Below are positions 48,126 through 61,703 of a stretch of 64,000 bases of DNA, piece after piece. The DNA lies in NCBI GenBank assembly GCA_963701965.1, contig OY969695.1:2656001-2720000 (forward strand), written 5' to 3'. The DNA comes from an uncultured Gemmatimonadales bacterium (lineage in GTDB: Bacteria; Gemmatimonadota; Gemmatimonadetes; Gemmatimonadales; Gemmatimonadaceae). Each line of letters starts with the position of its first letter. Within the stretch, counting starts at the first letter, position 1. The position numbers and the translations under genes are program-made. The notes under the pieces were generated by a model. It searched no databases, was not told the origin of the DNA, and worked only from the letters and a program-made list of their open reading frames with translations.

Positions 48126-49406
48126 ATGCCACCTAAATTACAAGACGAGGCAGGAGACTGGGCCGGTCCGCGTGCCCGGCGCAACGCGTGGGTCGCGCTG
48201 GCGGTGCTCACTGCCATGAACCTGCTCAACTACCTCGACCGGTTCGTCGTCCCGGCCGTCCAGGAGAGCATCAAGCACTCGCCCATTGCGCCCAGCGATC
48301 AGCAGCTGGGCTTCGTGTCTTCCGCGTTCCTCTTGGTCTACATGTGCGCCGCACCGTTGTTCGGGATCCTCGGCGCCCGACACTCCCGGATGCGCATCAT
48401 CGCGGCCGGGGTCGCCATTTGGAGCGTCGCCACGGCACTGGGAGGACTCGTCACGACGTACGCATCACTCGTCGTAGCCCGTGCCCTGGTCGGCGTCGGC
48501 GAGGCGGCGTACGGGACCATCGCGCCCGCGGTCCTCGCCGACGCTTTCCCCGAGCGTTGGCGCGCCCGCGTGTTCGCGATCTTCTACATGGCGATTCCGG
48601 TCGGCTCCGCGCTCGGATACGTCCTGGGCGGCGCCGTCGACCACGCGTACGGCTGGCGGGCCGCGTTTTTTGTCGCCGGCGCGCCCGGCTTGTTGTTCGC
48701 CCTCGCGGCTTTCTTCATGACCGATCCTCCGCGCGGGGAGGGTCCGCCGGTGCCCCGGGGCCTCGGCGCGTACGGGACGCTGCTCGACAATCGACCCTAC
48801 ATGCGGACGGTGCTGGGGTACGCCGCATATACGTTCGCGCTGGGCGGCATCGCGGTCTGGATGCCCACGTTCCTGGCGCGGATTCGACACGTGCCGCTGG
48901 TGACCGCGAATACGCGCCTCGGCGGCGTGCTCGTGGTCACGGGATTCCTCGGCACGTTCCTCGGCGGCTGGGTGGCCGACCACATCGCCAAGCGGACGGC
49001 GCGGGCGAATCTCTGGGTGTCGGGCGTCGCGACGCTGGCGGCCGTGCCGTTCGCTTGGATCGCCCTGGTGACGCCCGATCAGTCGGTGTTCTGGGCGACG
49101 ATCGCCATCGCCGAGGTGCTGCTCTTTGCGTCGACCGGACCGGTCAACGCCGCCATCGTATCCGGGGTGAGCTCGGCGATGCGCGCGCCGGCGATGGCGC
49201 TCTCGATCCTCACTATCCATCTGCTGGGCGACGTCCCGTCGCCCTGGATCATCGGCACCTGGTCAGACCAGGGCTCGCTCGCCACGGCGGTCCTCATCAT
49301 CCCCGTCGCCGTCCTGGTGTCGGGGATCATCTGGACCTACGCGGCGTGGAAGCCTACATCGTCGTCGCCGGCTGATCAGGCATCAGGAACCGAAATTCCT
49401 GCCTGA
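48126..49406 (+). CDS. MFS transporter, Spinster-like
   Basis: NLLNYLDR, RALVGVGEA, AIPVGSALG and IHLLGD motifs; many TM helices. Confidence 0.9.
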   Translation: MPPKLQDEAGDWAGPRARRNAWVALAVLTAMNLLNYLDRFVVPAVQESIKHSPIAPSDQQLGFVSSAFLLVYMCAAPLFGILGARHSRMRIIAAGVAIWSVATALGGLVTTYASLVVARALVGVGEAAYGTIAPAVLADAFPERWRARVFAIFYMAIPVGSALGYVLGGAVDHAYGWRAAFFVAGAPGLLFALAAFFMTDPPRGEGPPVPRGLGAYGTLLDNRPYMRTVLGYAAYTFALGGIAVWMPTFLARIRHVPLVTANTRLGGVLVVTGFLGTFLGGWVADHIAKRTARANLWVSGVATLAAVPFAWIALVTPDQSVFWATIAIAEVLLFASTGPVNAAIVSGVSSAMRAPAMALSILTIHLLGDVPSPWIIGTWSDQGSLATAVLIIPVAVLVSGIIWTYAAWKPTSSSPADQASGTEIPA

Positions 49407-50058
49407 CCCACTGGCGAACCAAACGCCCTCCCAGCTCCGCGGGCACGAATCGCATATGCGGCAGGGCCGCGCGCAGGGACTGCTCGAAGGCCGGGTGGGA
49501 CGAGTGGACCACGCGCAGGCTCACGCTATCGGCCTGGCCCGCGGTGTCGACCACAAACTCGACGGTGAGCGCCCCTTCGATATGGCTCTCCTGCAAGTAC
49601 TGCGGATACTCGGGGGCGGCGCTCGTCGGATCGCGCTGGACTTCCCGATCGACCTCGGCGTCCACGTAGACCTTGTTGGCCGTCTCTTCGGCGTCCGGCG
49701 TCGGCTTGGGGGTCTCCGTCTCGGCTTTCCCCCGCCGTCCGAGCCCGATGCCCCTCCGCCGATCGCCAGCGACGCCGTCGCCCAACTCCTTGGTCGCCTT
49801 TGGCTTATCCCCGCTGCCGTCGGCGTTGCTCGGCGCCCACTCGACACCGGCGGTGTCCAGCGTGTGCCCATGTGGGATGGGCGGAGCCAAATACACGACC
49901 CGCCGGGTTTCGTGATTGGCGGGCGTGGATTGGTCAGGTTGAAGATATGCCGAACGGCTCGCTACGATAAAGCAGATAGCACTCATAGCGGTGCCGACAA
50001 AAAACGACGGCACCGTACACAACCCTGGCACATCCGAAGCCAGCAGCTGCCGAAACAT
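49354..50058 (-). CDS. TonB-family energy transducer
   Basis: PEYP..L, VEFVVDTAG, RFVPA and VRQEFRF C-terminal domain. Confidence 0.8.
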   Translation of the reverse strand: MFRQLLASDVPGLCTVPSFFVGTAMSAICFIVASRSAYLQPDQSTPANHETRRVVYLAPPIPHGHTLDTAGVEWAPSNADGSGDKPKATKELGDGVAGDRRRGIGLGRRGKAETETPKPTPDAEETANKVYVDAEVDREVQRDPTSAAPEYPQYLQESHIEGALTVEFVVDTAGQADSVSLRVVHSSHPAFEQSLRAALPHMRFVPAELGGRLVRQWVRQEFRFLMPDQPATTM

Positions 50059-50195
50059 GACGCACCCCCCAAGGCGCGTGCGCGCGATCTACTATGGGAA
50101 GATTTCCCGCTCTACGCTAGTCTCGGTAGTATTCACGAACCATGTAGTCGGGACGAAACGTGCCGCCGGTGGGGTTAAGCGACGGAATGCCGTGA

Positions 50196-50930
50196 TCAAT
50201 GTCCCGGACCTGTCAAAATGGCCTCAAAAAGCGCCAGGGCCCGTGGGTCCCCGGACTGGCCGAGCCAGAACATCGCTTTGCGGCGGAGCGCGGGGTCGGG
50301 GTTGGTTCGGGCGATCCGTAGGAGAATCGGCACCCCCTCGTTGGCCGGTCGCTGCGACAGGGCGAAAATCGCCTCCTCCCGCACCGAGCGGTCGAGTTGC
50401 GGCTCGTTCGCCAGCGAATCGAGCGCGCCGGTGGCACTGGCGGCGGCCTGGCCGAGCCAGAACACCGCCTGCTTCCGGGTCTCGTTGGGCGCGTCGGCGT
50501 TGCGCGCCAGGGCGATCAGCCGGGGCCAGACCGTCACGCTGTCCGCGAGAGTCGCCGGGAAGATGGCGTCGCGGCCAATGTGCGTCGGGGTGTGTTCCGC
50601 CAGGCCCAAGAGATAGTCGGCCGCCTCGCGATCGGAGACCGGACCGAGGTCGGTGATCGTGGTGCCCGGGCGGGCGCGCCACTGGCCTCCGACGTACGTG
50701 TGGAGCTTGGTCGGCTGGTGTCCCGCGACCCAGAGGACGATCCGGATGGGCCCGGGCTGGCAGTCCGGATTCCATTCGACGTCCGCGTCGTCGTCCGAGC
50801 CGTAGTACGTGCGCCCGTGATTCCCCGCACAGATCCCGGGTCGGGCCGCGAACGTCATGCGCACCTCGCCATCAGGCGCGGCCGCCACCCGCGACGCAAG
50901 GTCGGCGGCCAGAATCAGGGCGAGAATCAT
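50196..50930 (-). CDS. Secreted HEAT-repeat protein
   Basis: RKQAVFWLGQ, REEAIFALSQ and RRKAMFWLGQ repeats. Confidence 0.85.
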   Translation of the reverse strand: MILALILAADLASRVAAAPDGEVRMTFAARPGICAGNHGRTYYGSDDDADVEWNPDCQPGPIRIVLWVAGHQPTKLHTYVGGQWRARPGTTITDLGPVSDREAADYLLGLAEHTPTHIGRDAIFPATLADSVTVWPRLIALARNADAPNETRKQAVFWLGQAAASATGALDSLANEPQLDRSVREEAIFALSQRPANEGVPILLRIARTNPDPALRRKAMFWLGQSGDPRALALFEAILTGPGH

Positions 50931-52276
50931 CGGTCGATGAGTTGGGCGAGGAACTGCGCCGCGCGCGGGTCACGGGATTGACCGAGCCAGAAAATTGCCC
51001 GCTTGCGCAGTTTGGGATCGCGGTCGGACCGGGCGACCTTCATCAAGGCGTCGACGGCAGCCGGCTCGTCGCGTTGGGAGACGGCGAACAGCACGCCCTC
51101 GCGCGTGTCGGCATCGTGGGTCCGGTCGTAGAGACCCATGAGCTGATCCAGACTGGCGCCGCCCTGGCCGGCCCAGAAGATCGCCTGCTTGCGGATGTGC
51201 GGGGTTTGGGTGGAGTCGCTCGCCACGTTGATCAGCCACTGGCTCGACGCCCCACTCCAATGCTGACTCACGGAAAACAGGATCTTCTCCTTGAGGTCTT
51301 CGTTCGGCTCGCGGGCGAACTGTGTCTTGAGCCAGGCGGCATCGTCGTCGTTACCGGTCTGGCCGATCCAGAACAGCGCTTTCTCCCGCAGCTCCTGTGG
51401 CTCCGACGTGCGGGACGCGAACTGCCGCAGCATCTGGCCTCCGCGCCCATCGCGCTGTTGTTGCTGGGAGAGCGCGAACAGGGCTTTCTCGCGGAGCGCT
51501 TCGTCGGTCGAGTGCTCGAGCACACTGTCCACCATCGTGACGGCGCGCGGGTCCTGCACCTGCGACAGCCAGAACACGGCTTGTTGGCGCACGTCCTCGT
51601 CCGGATCGGAGCGCGCCGATGCCAGGAGGAGGTCGGCGCTCTCCGGGCTCTCCTTCTGAGAGACGATGAAGAGCGCTTTGCGCCGGAGGCCGACGGAGCA
51701 CCGGTCGCGGCGGGCGAGCACGTGCTTGAGGATGGGGAGCGCCTTCTCGGCGTCCACCTGCATCAGGGCGTTCATCGCGGCGATCCGCGTGTCGTTGTCA
51801 TCCTCGTCGCCATCGCCGCCTTTGGTGGCGCAGGTGCTCGTGTCGTCCTGCGCGGCGTGCGTGAGCTGCGATTGGCAGGACGTATCGCCGCGTTGGGCGA
51901 GTACGCCGCACACGCGGGCTTCGAGCGCCGTGGCGTCCGAGTGATGCGACGCGGTCGGGTATTTGGCGGCCAGCGTCGACAAGCCTTGCCGCGCCGACCG
52001 CAGGTCCTCCGTCGTGCCCATCTTGTAGTGGGAGAACGCTTCGTAATAGAGCGCGGTGCTCGCGTACTGCGAGCCGGGGTAATCGGTCGCGATGCGGTGG
52101 AACAGGTCCGCGGCCTGGCCATAGCGTTTCTCGGCCAGCGCCGCGCGGGCGGCCGAGTACAGCGAATCCGCCGGATCGGCGGGGTAGGCGCCGCTCGGTG
52201 CCGGCCACGGCGCGGCCGCGTGCGCGGGCGCGGCCGGCAACCCCATCGCCAGCAAGAACGCGATCATGATCTTCAT
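50927..52276 (-). CDS. Secreted TPR + HEAT-repeat protein
   Basis: Signal peptide; BamD-like TPR; many RxxAxFWLxQ repeats. Confidence 0.85.
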   Translation of the reverse strand: MKIMIAFLLAMGLPAAPAHAAAPWPAPSGAYPADPADSLYSAARAALAEKRYGQAADLFHRIATDYPGSQYASTALYYEAFSHYKMGTTEDLRSARQGLSTLAAKYPTASHHSDATALEARVCGVLAQRGDTSCQSQLTHAAQDDTSTCATKGGDGDEDDNDTRIAAMNALMQVDAEKALPILKHVLARRDRCSVGLRRKALFIVSQKESPESADLLLASARSDPDEDVRQQAVFWLSQVQDPRAVTMVDSVLEHSTDEALREKALFALSQQQQRDGRGGQMLRQFASRTSEPQELREKALFWIGQTGNDDDAAWLKTQFAREPNEDLKEKILFSVSQHWSGASSQWLINVASDSTQTPHIRKQAIFWAGQGGASLDQLMGLYDRTHDADTREGVLFAVSQRDEPAAVDALMKVARSDRDPKLRKRAIFWLGQSRDPRAAQFLAQLIDR

Positions 52277-52935
52277 AGACCAACCTGGTTGACGGGAATA
52301 GCCGCGCGCAGGCGCCGGAGCACCTGGGCATCGGCGAGTGTGCGGTCGATAGCGGCGCGGTCGCTGGCCGAGGCGTCGGGTGAGAGCTCGACGATTTGCA
52401 CCAGCACCAGCTCCAGATCCTCGAGCAACTGGCGGCGGTGCGGGTCGGCGCCCGCGGGAGAGTCGATGAGGAGTCGGGTGTTGGAGAGCAGCTCGCGCGC
52501 CCAGCCCGCGAGACGGGCGTTGGCGCCGCGGTCGCGGTCATCGGCCGCGAACGCCGTCAGGAGCGCTTGCACCTGCACGAGTTGCTGCGCCGCGATGATC
52601 TGATACGGTGCGTTCGGCGTCGGCGCGCCGGGCGGAGGCGCGAGGACGACCAATGCCGGAGCCAGCTGGCGCATAGCGACCGGTGCCTGTTGGCTGGTCG
52701 ACCGTCCAATGCCGATACCCAAGGCCAGCACCACGGCCGCCGCGGCCAGGAGCGGCGCCCATCGCCGCACGGCCGGCCCCACGCCGAGCGCCAGCAATGC
52801 CCGCGCGGCGCGGCGCCGGGCGGTAATGGCGTCCCACATCTCATCCCGCGGCACCGCGTGTTGCGGCTCGTGGTAGTCCCGCGCCATCTCGCGCAGCGCG
52901 TCGACCCACTTGTCGTCGTCCAAGTCGTCAATCAT
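52273..52935 (-). CDS. Putative transmembrane anti-sigma factor
   Basis: VPRDEMWDAI; single TM; LLEDLELVLVQI; coupled to the ECF sigma. Confidence 0.7.
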   Translation of the reverse strand: MIDDLDDDKWVDALREMARDYHEPQHAVPRDEMWDAITARRRAARALLALGVGPAVRRWAPLLAAAAVVLALGIGIGRSTSQQAPVAMRQLAPALVVLAPPPGAPTPNAPYQIIAAQQLVQVQALLTAFAADDRDRGANARLAGWARELLSNTRLLIDSPAGADPHRRQLLEDLELVLVQIVELSPDASASDRAAIDRTLADAQVLRRLRAAIPVNQVGL

Positions 52936-53477
52936 GCGATCCACTCCCCGGCGAAATCCGCCAATGCGGCACGGAGCTTGGCGCGCGCTCGGGAGAGCTG
53001 CGCTTTGGATGTGCCCGACTCGATGCCGAGCACGGCTCCGATCTCGACGTGCGTATATCCCTCGATGTCGTGCATGATGAACACGGTGCGATATCCGTCC
53101 GGCAGCGCGTCGATCGCTTGCGCCAGCCGCTCCTTGAGGTCCGGTTCCGCCCGTCGTCCCGCGACGGGCGCTACGATGTCCTTCGTCTCCATCACGGTCT
53201 CCCGTCCCCGGAGGCGCCGCACGGACCGCAGTCCGTTGAGCGCCACCGACACGCCGATCGTATGCAACCACGTCGCGACGGACGACTGCCGCCGGAACGT
53301 GGCGATGCGGTCGAACGCCCGGATGAACGTCTCCTGGGTGAAATCCCGGGCGAGATCGCTATCGCCGGCGAACCGGTAGGCGAGCCGATAGATACGGTCG
53401 ACGTGCGCGTCGTACAGCGCACGCTGCGCCGCCGGATCCCCGGCCACCACCCGCTCGATCAGCGCTGCCTCGTCCAC
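52932..53477 (-). CDS. ECF sigma-70 factor
   Basis: DFTQETF, TWLH and EGYTHVEIG..GTSKAQLSRAR motifs. Confidence 0.92.
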   Translation of the reverse strand: MDEAALIERVVAGDPAAQRALYDAHVDRIYRLAYRFAGDSDLARDFTQETFIRAFDRIATFRRQSSVATWLHTIGVSVALNGLRSVRRLRGRETVMETKDIVAPVAGRRAEPDLKERLAQAIDALPDGYRTVFIMHDIEGYTHVEIGAVLGIESGTSKAQLSRARAKLRAALADFAGEWIA

Positions 53478-53541
53478 CCGGCCTCGTCGTTAACGACGCC
53501 CCTCTGACACACGCCCCTCACAAAGGGTTGCGCCGCGGCCC

Positions 53542-55600
53542 CTAAGGCTTGAGTTGGCGGTCCAGGAAGTCGGCCGCGGCCGCGTAGAGCGCGACCCATG
53601 TGCCGTGCAACAGGATGTCGTGCGTCTCGTCCGGAAACACGAGCGTCTCGACGTGCACGTGCCGGGCGCGGAGATCCTCGGCCAGCTGTACCGTCTGGGC
53701 GAACGCGACGTTGCGGTCGTCGTCGCCGGCGGCGAGGAGCACGGGCGAGCGCCAGGTGGCGACATCGGCCATGGGCGACGACCGGAACGCGAGCGCCCGT
53801 GCGTGCTGGTCCTTGGCCACATCCCAACCCGGGATGAGCGCCTCGAACTCCAGGTTCCAATCATGCACCCCCGCGTAGTCGACGCCGGCGGCGAACATGT
53901 CGGACGCCCGCGCCAGCGCCATCGCCGTGAGGTATCCCCCGTACGACCCACCCCACGCCCCGATGCGCGCCGGGTCGACGTCGGCCCGCGCGCGCAGATA
54001 GAGCCCCGCGCCCTGCACGTCGTTGAATTCGCTGGCGCCTGTCGCGCCGTAGTTCAGCGCCTCGCGGAAATCGAGACCGTAGCCGATGCCGCTCCGGTAG
54101 TTGACGGACAGGACGATGTACCCGCGGCTGGCCAGGTACTCGTTCATGGCGTAGGCGTTGTGATAGAACTGCAGGTAGTGGAACCCCAGCAGCATCTGCC
54201 GGCGCGAGCCGCCGTGGAAGAACACCACGGCCGGTCGCCGCTCGCCGGGTTTGAGATTGCCGGGCAGAAACAGGTCGCCATGAAGCACCAGGCCGTCCGC
54301 GGCCGGGAACGTCACCGGCTGCGGCGTGACGAGGAGCCGCTCGGCAGGGAATGAGGCCGGCAATGGAGAGATGTCCCGCATCGCGCCGCTCGACACGACG
54401 GCGGCGCGCGCGGGGGCGCGCGCGCCGGAGTGCAGGACGGCGACCTGGCCGTCCGGGAGCGCGACCGGTGACCACTCGATCCCGTCGCCACGGGTGACCG
54501 CCGAGGGCGGGCTCCCCGATGCCTCGACGCGCCAAATGTGCCGTCGCTCGCCATCGTTCTGGTTGCTGGTGACCAGCGCCGCCGCGCGATCGTTCGTGAG
54601 CGCCGCTTGCTCCACCTCGAACGCGCCAGGCGTCAGCAGTCGCGCGTCGCCGCCGGAGGCGGCGATCGCGTACAAGTGCAGCCACCCATCCCGCTCCCAA
54701 GGGAACACGAGCGCGTTCAATGCGGTCCACAAGAGCTGATCCGGCGAGTCCAGCTCGTGAAAGACGCTGCCCGTCCCTTCGGCTGCCGTCCAGAATGGCG
54801 CGCGCCGCGCCGGTGGTCGCGTCCGCCACCCAGATGGCCCACGGGCGCCCGGTGCGTCGCGCGCCGAACACGCTCGTCCGCGTGACCGCCGGCGCGCGCA
54901 CGTAGGCGAGCGAGCGGCCGTCGGGCGACCACGCGGGCGCCTGATCGACGTCCAGCCCCGGCGCGACGTAGCGCAGCGTGTGCGTCGTGAAGTCGTACAC
55001 GCCAATGAACGCGTGGTCCCCGCGCGTGCTCACCCAGGCCAGGCGCATGCCGTCCGGCGACCACCGGAGAGCACTGGCCCGGCCCCGCGTATGTGCCAGC
55101 TGCGTGGCCGTGTCGTGCGCGTCGGCGCTCACGCTCCAGATCTGCCCGGCGTGCACGAACGCGATCCGGGAGCGTCCGACTGCCGCTCCAGTGCCGGCAC
55201 CGAGCCGCCGCGGCGGCCCGCCGACGAGCGGGGCCAACCAGACGTCCTGCGTGGCGCCATCGGGAACGAACGTCGGATTCGGGATCTCCCCCTGCGTGTT
55301 GGGATCGCCGCCCCGGACATAGACGACGCCGCTCGCATCGTCCAGCCAATGCAGATCGGTGATCTCTTGGCCGTTGTCTCCCGTGTACGCCGTCAGCCGC
55401 CGCGCGGCGTACCCGGGGGCCGGAGCGACCCAGACATTGCGGGCGCCGTTGCTGTCGAGCACCCACGCGACGCCGCCGGCGCCAGTGGCCAGCTCGGTTG
55501 GAAACGGCGCGCTCATGACGCCGGCCAGGGTCACGGCCTGGCCGGCGAGCGCCGCCGGCGCCAGCGAGACGACAGCGCACACAATGGGGAGTCGGGTCAT
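53542..55600 (-). CDS. S9 prolyl oligopeptidase-family serine peptidase (+1 frameshift at ~54792)
   Basis: Propeller WSPDG repeats; HGG; GGSYGG nucleophile; DDRNV; DETH. Confidence 0.9.
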
Positions 55601-55648
55601 GGCCGCGACGTTAGCGACGCGACGTCCGGATGTCTATATTCGCCGGCC

Positions 55649-56527
55649 ATGCTGCCCTTGCTGCTCGCCCTGACCGTCGGCGCGGATTCCCTGCAGGCCC
55701 AGGTGAACGCGCGCATTGCCGCGGTGCCCGGCGCCCAAGTCGGCGTCTACTACCGCCGCCTGTCCGACAATGACACGCTGAGCCTCGCCGCGGACACGGT
55801 CTTCCATGCGGCGAGCACGATGAAGATACCGGTCATGATCGAGCTGTTTCGGATGATGGAGGCCGGCCAGGTCACGCTCGCTCAGCCGCTCCTTCTCTCC
55901 AACCGCTTCACGAGCATCGCCGACGGTTCACCTTTTTCCGCCGACTCGGCCGACGACTCCGACAGCACGCTCTATCGGCGCATCGGCCAGCGGGTCCCGA
56001 TCCGCGACCTGCTCCGGCTCATGATTCAGCGCTCCAGCAACCTGGCTACCAACACCCTGATCGCGCTCATGGGGGCGGCGCGGGCCGACTCGGCCGCGCG
56101 GGCCCTCGGCGCCACGCACACCCAGGTGCGGCGCGGCGTCGAGGACGGAAAGGCCTTTGCGGCGGGGATCAACAACGTGACCACGGCGCGCGACTTGGCG
56201 ACGCTGATGGCGGCCATCGCCGGCAACACGGCCGCCTCGCGCCGGAGCTGCACGCTCATGCGCGACATCCTCCTCGGCCAGGAGTTCAACACCGAGATCC
56301 CGGCCGGGCTCCCGCCGGGTACACGCGTGGCGCACAAGACCGGGTCGATCACGGGCCATCTGCACGACGCGGCGATCGTGTATCCGCACTATCCCAGCGA
56401 GAAGGACGCCTACGTGCTGGTCGTCATGACGCGCGGGATTGCCGTAGAGAAAATCGCGCGGTCGATGATCGCCGATATCTCGCGCCTCGTCTACGCCCGG
56501 GCCACTAGCGCGAATACGTCCCCGTGA
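55649..56527 (+). CDS. Class A beta-lactamase-related serine hydrolase
   Basis: ASTMK (SxxK), SSN, HKTG and HDAAIV motifs. Confidence 0.88.
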   Translation: MLPLLLALTVGADSLQAQVNARIAAVPGAQVGVYYRRLSDNDTLSLAADTVFHAASTMKIPVMIELFRMMEAGQVTLAQPLLLSNRFTSIADGSPFSADSADDSDSTLYRRIGQRVPIRDLLRLMIQRSSNLATNTLIALMGAARADSAARALGATHTQVRRGVEDGKAFAAGINNVTTARDLATLMAAIAGNTAASRRSCTLMRDILLGQEFNTEIPAGLPPGTRVAHKTGSITGHLHDAAIVYPHYPSEKDAYVLVVMTRGIAVEKIARSMIADISRLVYARATSANTSP

Positions 56528-57038
56528 GCGTGCCTTGCGCCAAGAGGTGCCCGCGCATGCCGAAGTTCATGCGGGCGCCGGTCGTCATGGAACCGATCCC
56601 GGAGATGGTGGCGACGTCGAGAGCGAACACGGTGAAGTGATAGTGGTGCGGGCCATCGTCTTCGGGCGGACACGGTCCCCCGTAGGTGCTCTCGCCGTAG
56701 TCGGTCAGTCCCTGCACACTGCCTTGGGGCAGGAGTCCGGCGGCGACGGCGTTTTCGGGCAGACTCGTCACCGCGGCCGGGATGTTGGCCAGAATCCAGT
56801 GATGAAATCCCGACCCGGTCGGCGCGTCCGGGTCGAAGCAGATGAGCACGAAGCTCTTCGTGCCTTTCGGCGCCTCGCTCCACGACAGTTGCGGCGATAC
56901 GTTCTTGCCGCCGCACCCGCCAAACGCGGTGCTGGCCGGCATCGCGCTATCCGGCTTGAACGTCGTGCTGGTCACACGAATGGGTTGCGGGCTCGCGGGC
57001 GCCTGCGGCGCGCGCACGGACACGGTCGGGTTCGTCAT
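56505..57038 (-). CDS. YbhB/YbcL (PEBP) family protein
   Basis: NVSPQLSW, DPDAP, HW, YGGPCPP and HHYHF motifs. Confidence 0.9.
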   Translation of the reverse strand: MTNPTVSVRAPQAPASPQPIRVTSTTFKPDSAMPASTAFGGCGGKNVSPQLSWSEAPKGTKSFVLICFDPDAPTGSGFHHWILANIPAAVTSLPENAVAAGLLPQGSVQGLTDYGESTYGGPCPPEDDGPHHYHFTVFALDVATISGIGSMTTGARMNFGMRGHLLAQGTLTGTYSR

Positions 57039-58691
57039 TACTTGAGCTCCGTGGAACGTTCGTAAACAATGCGGCCCCCGACGACCGTGGCGAGGACGTG
57101 CGCCTCGCGGATGGTCGCGGGAGGGGATGCGCGTGAGATCCCGGTCGATCAGCACGAAATCGGCCAGCTTCCCCACGGATAACGTGCCGAGCGTAGAATC
57201 GCTGAACGTCGCGTAGGCCGCGTCGCGAGTGTAGGCGCGCAACGCTTCCTCGACCGTGATCTTCTGCTCGGGAATCCACCCGTCGGGGTGAGCGTCATCG
57301 AGCGTCCGCCGCGTGACCGCCGCATCGATCCCCTCGAGCGGCGTGGGAGGCGCGACGAACCAGTCGCTCCCGAACGCCAACCGGGCGTGCGTGTCGAGCA
57401 GCGTCCGGAACGCGAACATCGTCTGCGCGCGCTCGTGTCCGATCACGCGTTCGGCCCACCGGCCGTCGTCCATGGCGTGATACGGCTGCATGCTGGCGAT
57501 CACGCTCAGCGTGCCGAACCGCGGCACATCGGCCGGCGCTAGGTGCTGGGCGTGCTCGATCCGGAACCGCCGGTCGCGCGGACCGTTCTCGCGTTCCACG
57601 CGCTCGTAGATATCGAGCATGAGGCGATTGGCCCGGTCGCCAATGGCGTGAACCATGACTTGTAGTCCCGCCTGATCCGCGGCCTTCGTGCGGGCATAGA
57701 GGCTCTCGGGGGGGGTCACGAGGAGTCCAGTGTCCCGCGGCGCATCGTTGAACGGCGCCAGCATGGCGGCCGTACGCGAGCCCAGCGACCCATCGGCGAA
57801 TCCCTTGAGCCCGCCCCAGTGGAGCCAGGCGTCGCCGCGGCCCTCGGCGGCGATCGTGTCGCGCAACAGCGCCCAGTCCCGGAGCGGCACCACCGCGTAG
57901 ATGCGGGTCTTGAGTCGCCCGCTCGCCCGGGCGCGCTTGAATGTCTCGAAGTCCGCCCACGAGCCCATGTTCGTCACGGCGGTGACGCCCCGCTCGGCCA
58001 GGTAGGCCGTCGCGGTGTCCAACGCGCGGTCCTGTGCCGCGAGGGACGGCGCCGGAATGACGCGGCCGATCAGCCCCATGGCGTTGTCTTTGAGGATGCC
58101 GGTGGGCTCGCCGGCGGCGTCGTGCACGATCTCGCCGCCATCGACCGCGTTGGCGCGCGTGATCTGGGCGGCGGCCAGCGCCGCCGAATTGGCCAGCCCC
58201 ATGTGCCCGTCCACGCGGCCGATCCACACCGGGTTGTGCGGCGTCACCGAATCGATCCACTGGCGGGTGGGTAGCTCGCCGCCCCAGTGCGTGTGATCCC
58301 AGCCGCCGCCCCGGATCCACGTGCCCGGTGGCACCCGGCGCGCGTAGGCGCCGAGGCGGGCCACGAAGTCGGCGCGGGAATTCGCCTCGTGCAGCTGGAC
58401 GGACATGAGCGAGAACCCGGCGTCGATGGCGTGGACGTGGGAGTCTATGAGGCCCGGAGTGACCATCGCGCCGTGCGCGTCGATCACCCGCGTGTCCGGT
58501 CCGCGCCACTTCATGGCCTCGGCCGAGGTCCCGACCGCCGCCAGGCGATCGTCGCGCGCCGCCAGCGCCTGCGCCCACGGGCGCGCGCTGTCGCCGGTCC
58601 AGATACGGGCGTTGACGACGATCAGGGAAGCGGGGGCGGTGGGCATGCCGACGGGCCAGAGCGCGAGAGCCAGCAAGAGGAGGGAGCGCAT
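57038..58691 (-). CDS. Amidohydrolase 3 (YtcJ-like); +1 frameshift at ~57122 apparently fuses it to YbhB in the ORF track
   Basis: PGLIDSHVH, HAIGD, RIEHAQ, FGSDW and GKLADFV. The natural C-terminus VLATVVGGRIVY...* lies in the shifted frame. Confidence 0.88.
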
Positions 58692-58762
58692 GGGCCAACG
58701 TTGCGCCGAACTCCCACTCGGCGCAACGCTTGACCAGTGCCACTGCTAGATTATTTCACGCC

Positions 58763-59172
58763 ATGATCCCGCCCAAGCCGCTCGGCCTGCTCGTGTTGTT
58801 GGCGCTCGGCGCCTGTGTCAGCAAAGACGACGCGAAAAAGGCGATCGACGCGCTGGCCGAGTCCAAGACCGTGGTGCCGGACCAGCTTCCCCTGATGCAG
58901 AACACGACGCCGCCGTTCCGGTACCCCGAGGCGCTCGTCGCCTCGGGCGCCCGCGACACCGTCGTGCTGCGGATCTTCATCGACTCCCTGGGTGCCGTCC
59001 GGCCGGAGTCGACGCGGCTCGACCATCCGTCGCACTATCCTGCCCTCGACACGGCCGCTCTCGCCGGCGCCAACGCGTTGACGTTCTCGCCCGCGCGGCG
59101 CCAGGGTCGCGCAATGGCGGTGTCCATCAAGCTCCCCGTGCAGTTCAACCCGCCACCATCGCGAGCCAAGCC

Positions 59173-59176
<4 letters not shown>
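58763..59176 (+). CDS. Lipoprotein with TonB C-terminal domain
   Basis: Lipobox LGAC; YP, LDTAAL, FSPA and LPVQF motifs. Confidence 0.75.
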
Positions 59177-61604
<2,428 letters not shown>

Positions 61605-61703
61605 GGTGACGGCCCGTGCCACGACTCGTCGTGGCTGACAGGAACCGAACCCCACGGGCCGGGTCCTACTAGATATACTTAGTCTGCCGCACCCGACTCC
61701 CCC

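Noticed and set aside
55649..56527. Acquired antibiotic-resistance beta-lactamase
   Set aside because: Generic class-A-like serine hydrolase in a housekeeping context with no mobile element; resistance cannot be inferred.
56505..58691. Amidohydrolase-YbhB fusion protein (728-aa ORF)
   Set aside because: Artefact of a +1 frameshift at ~57122. The normal amidohydrolase C-terminus and a TAATG stop/start overlap are present.
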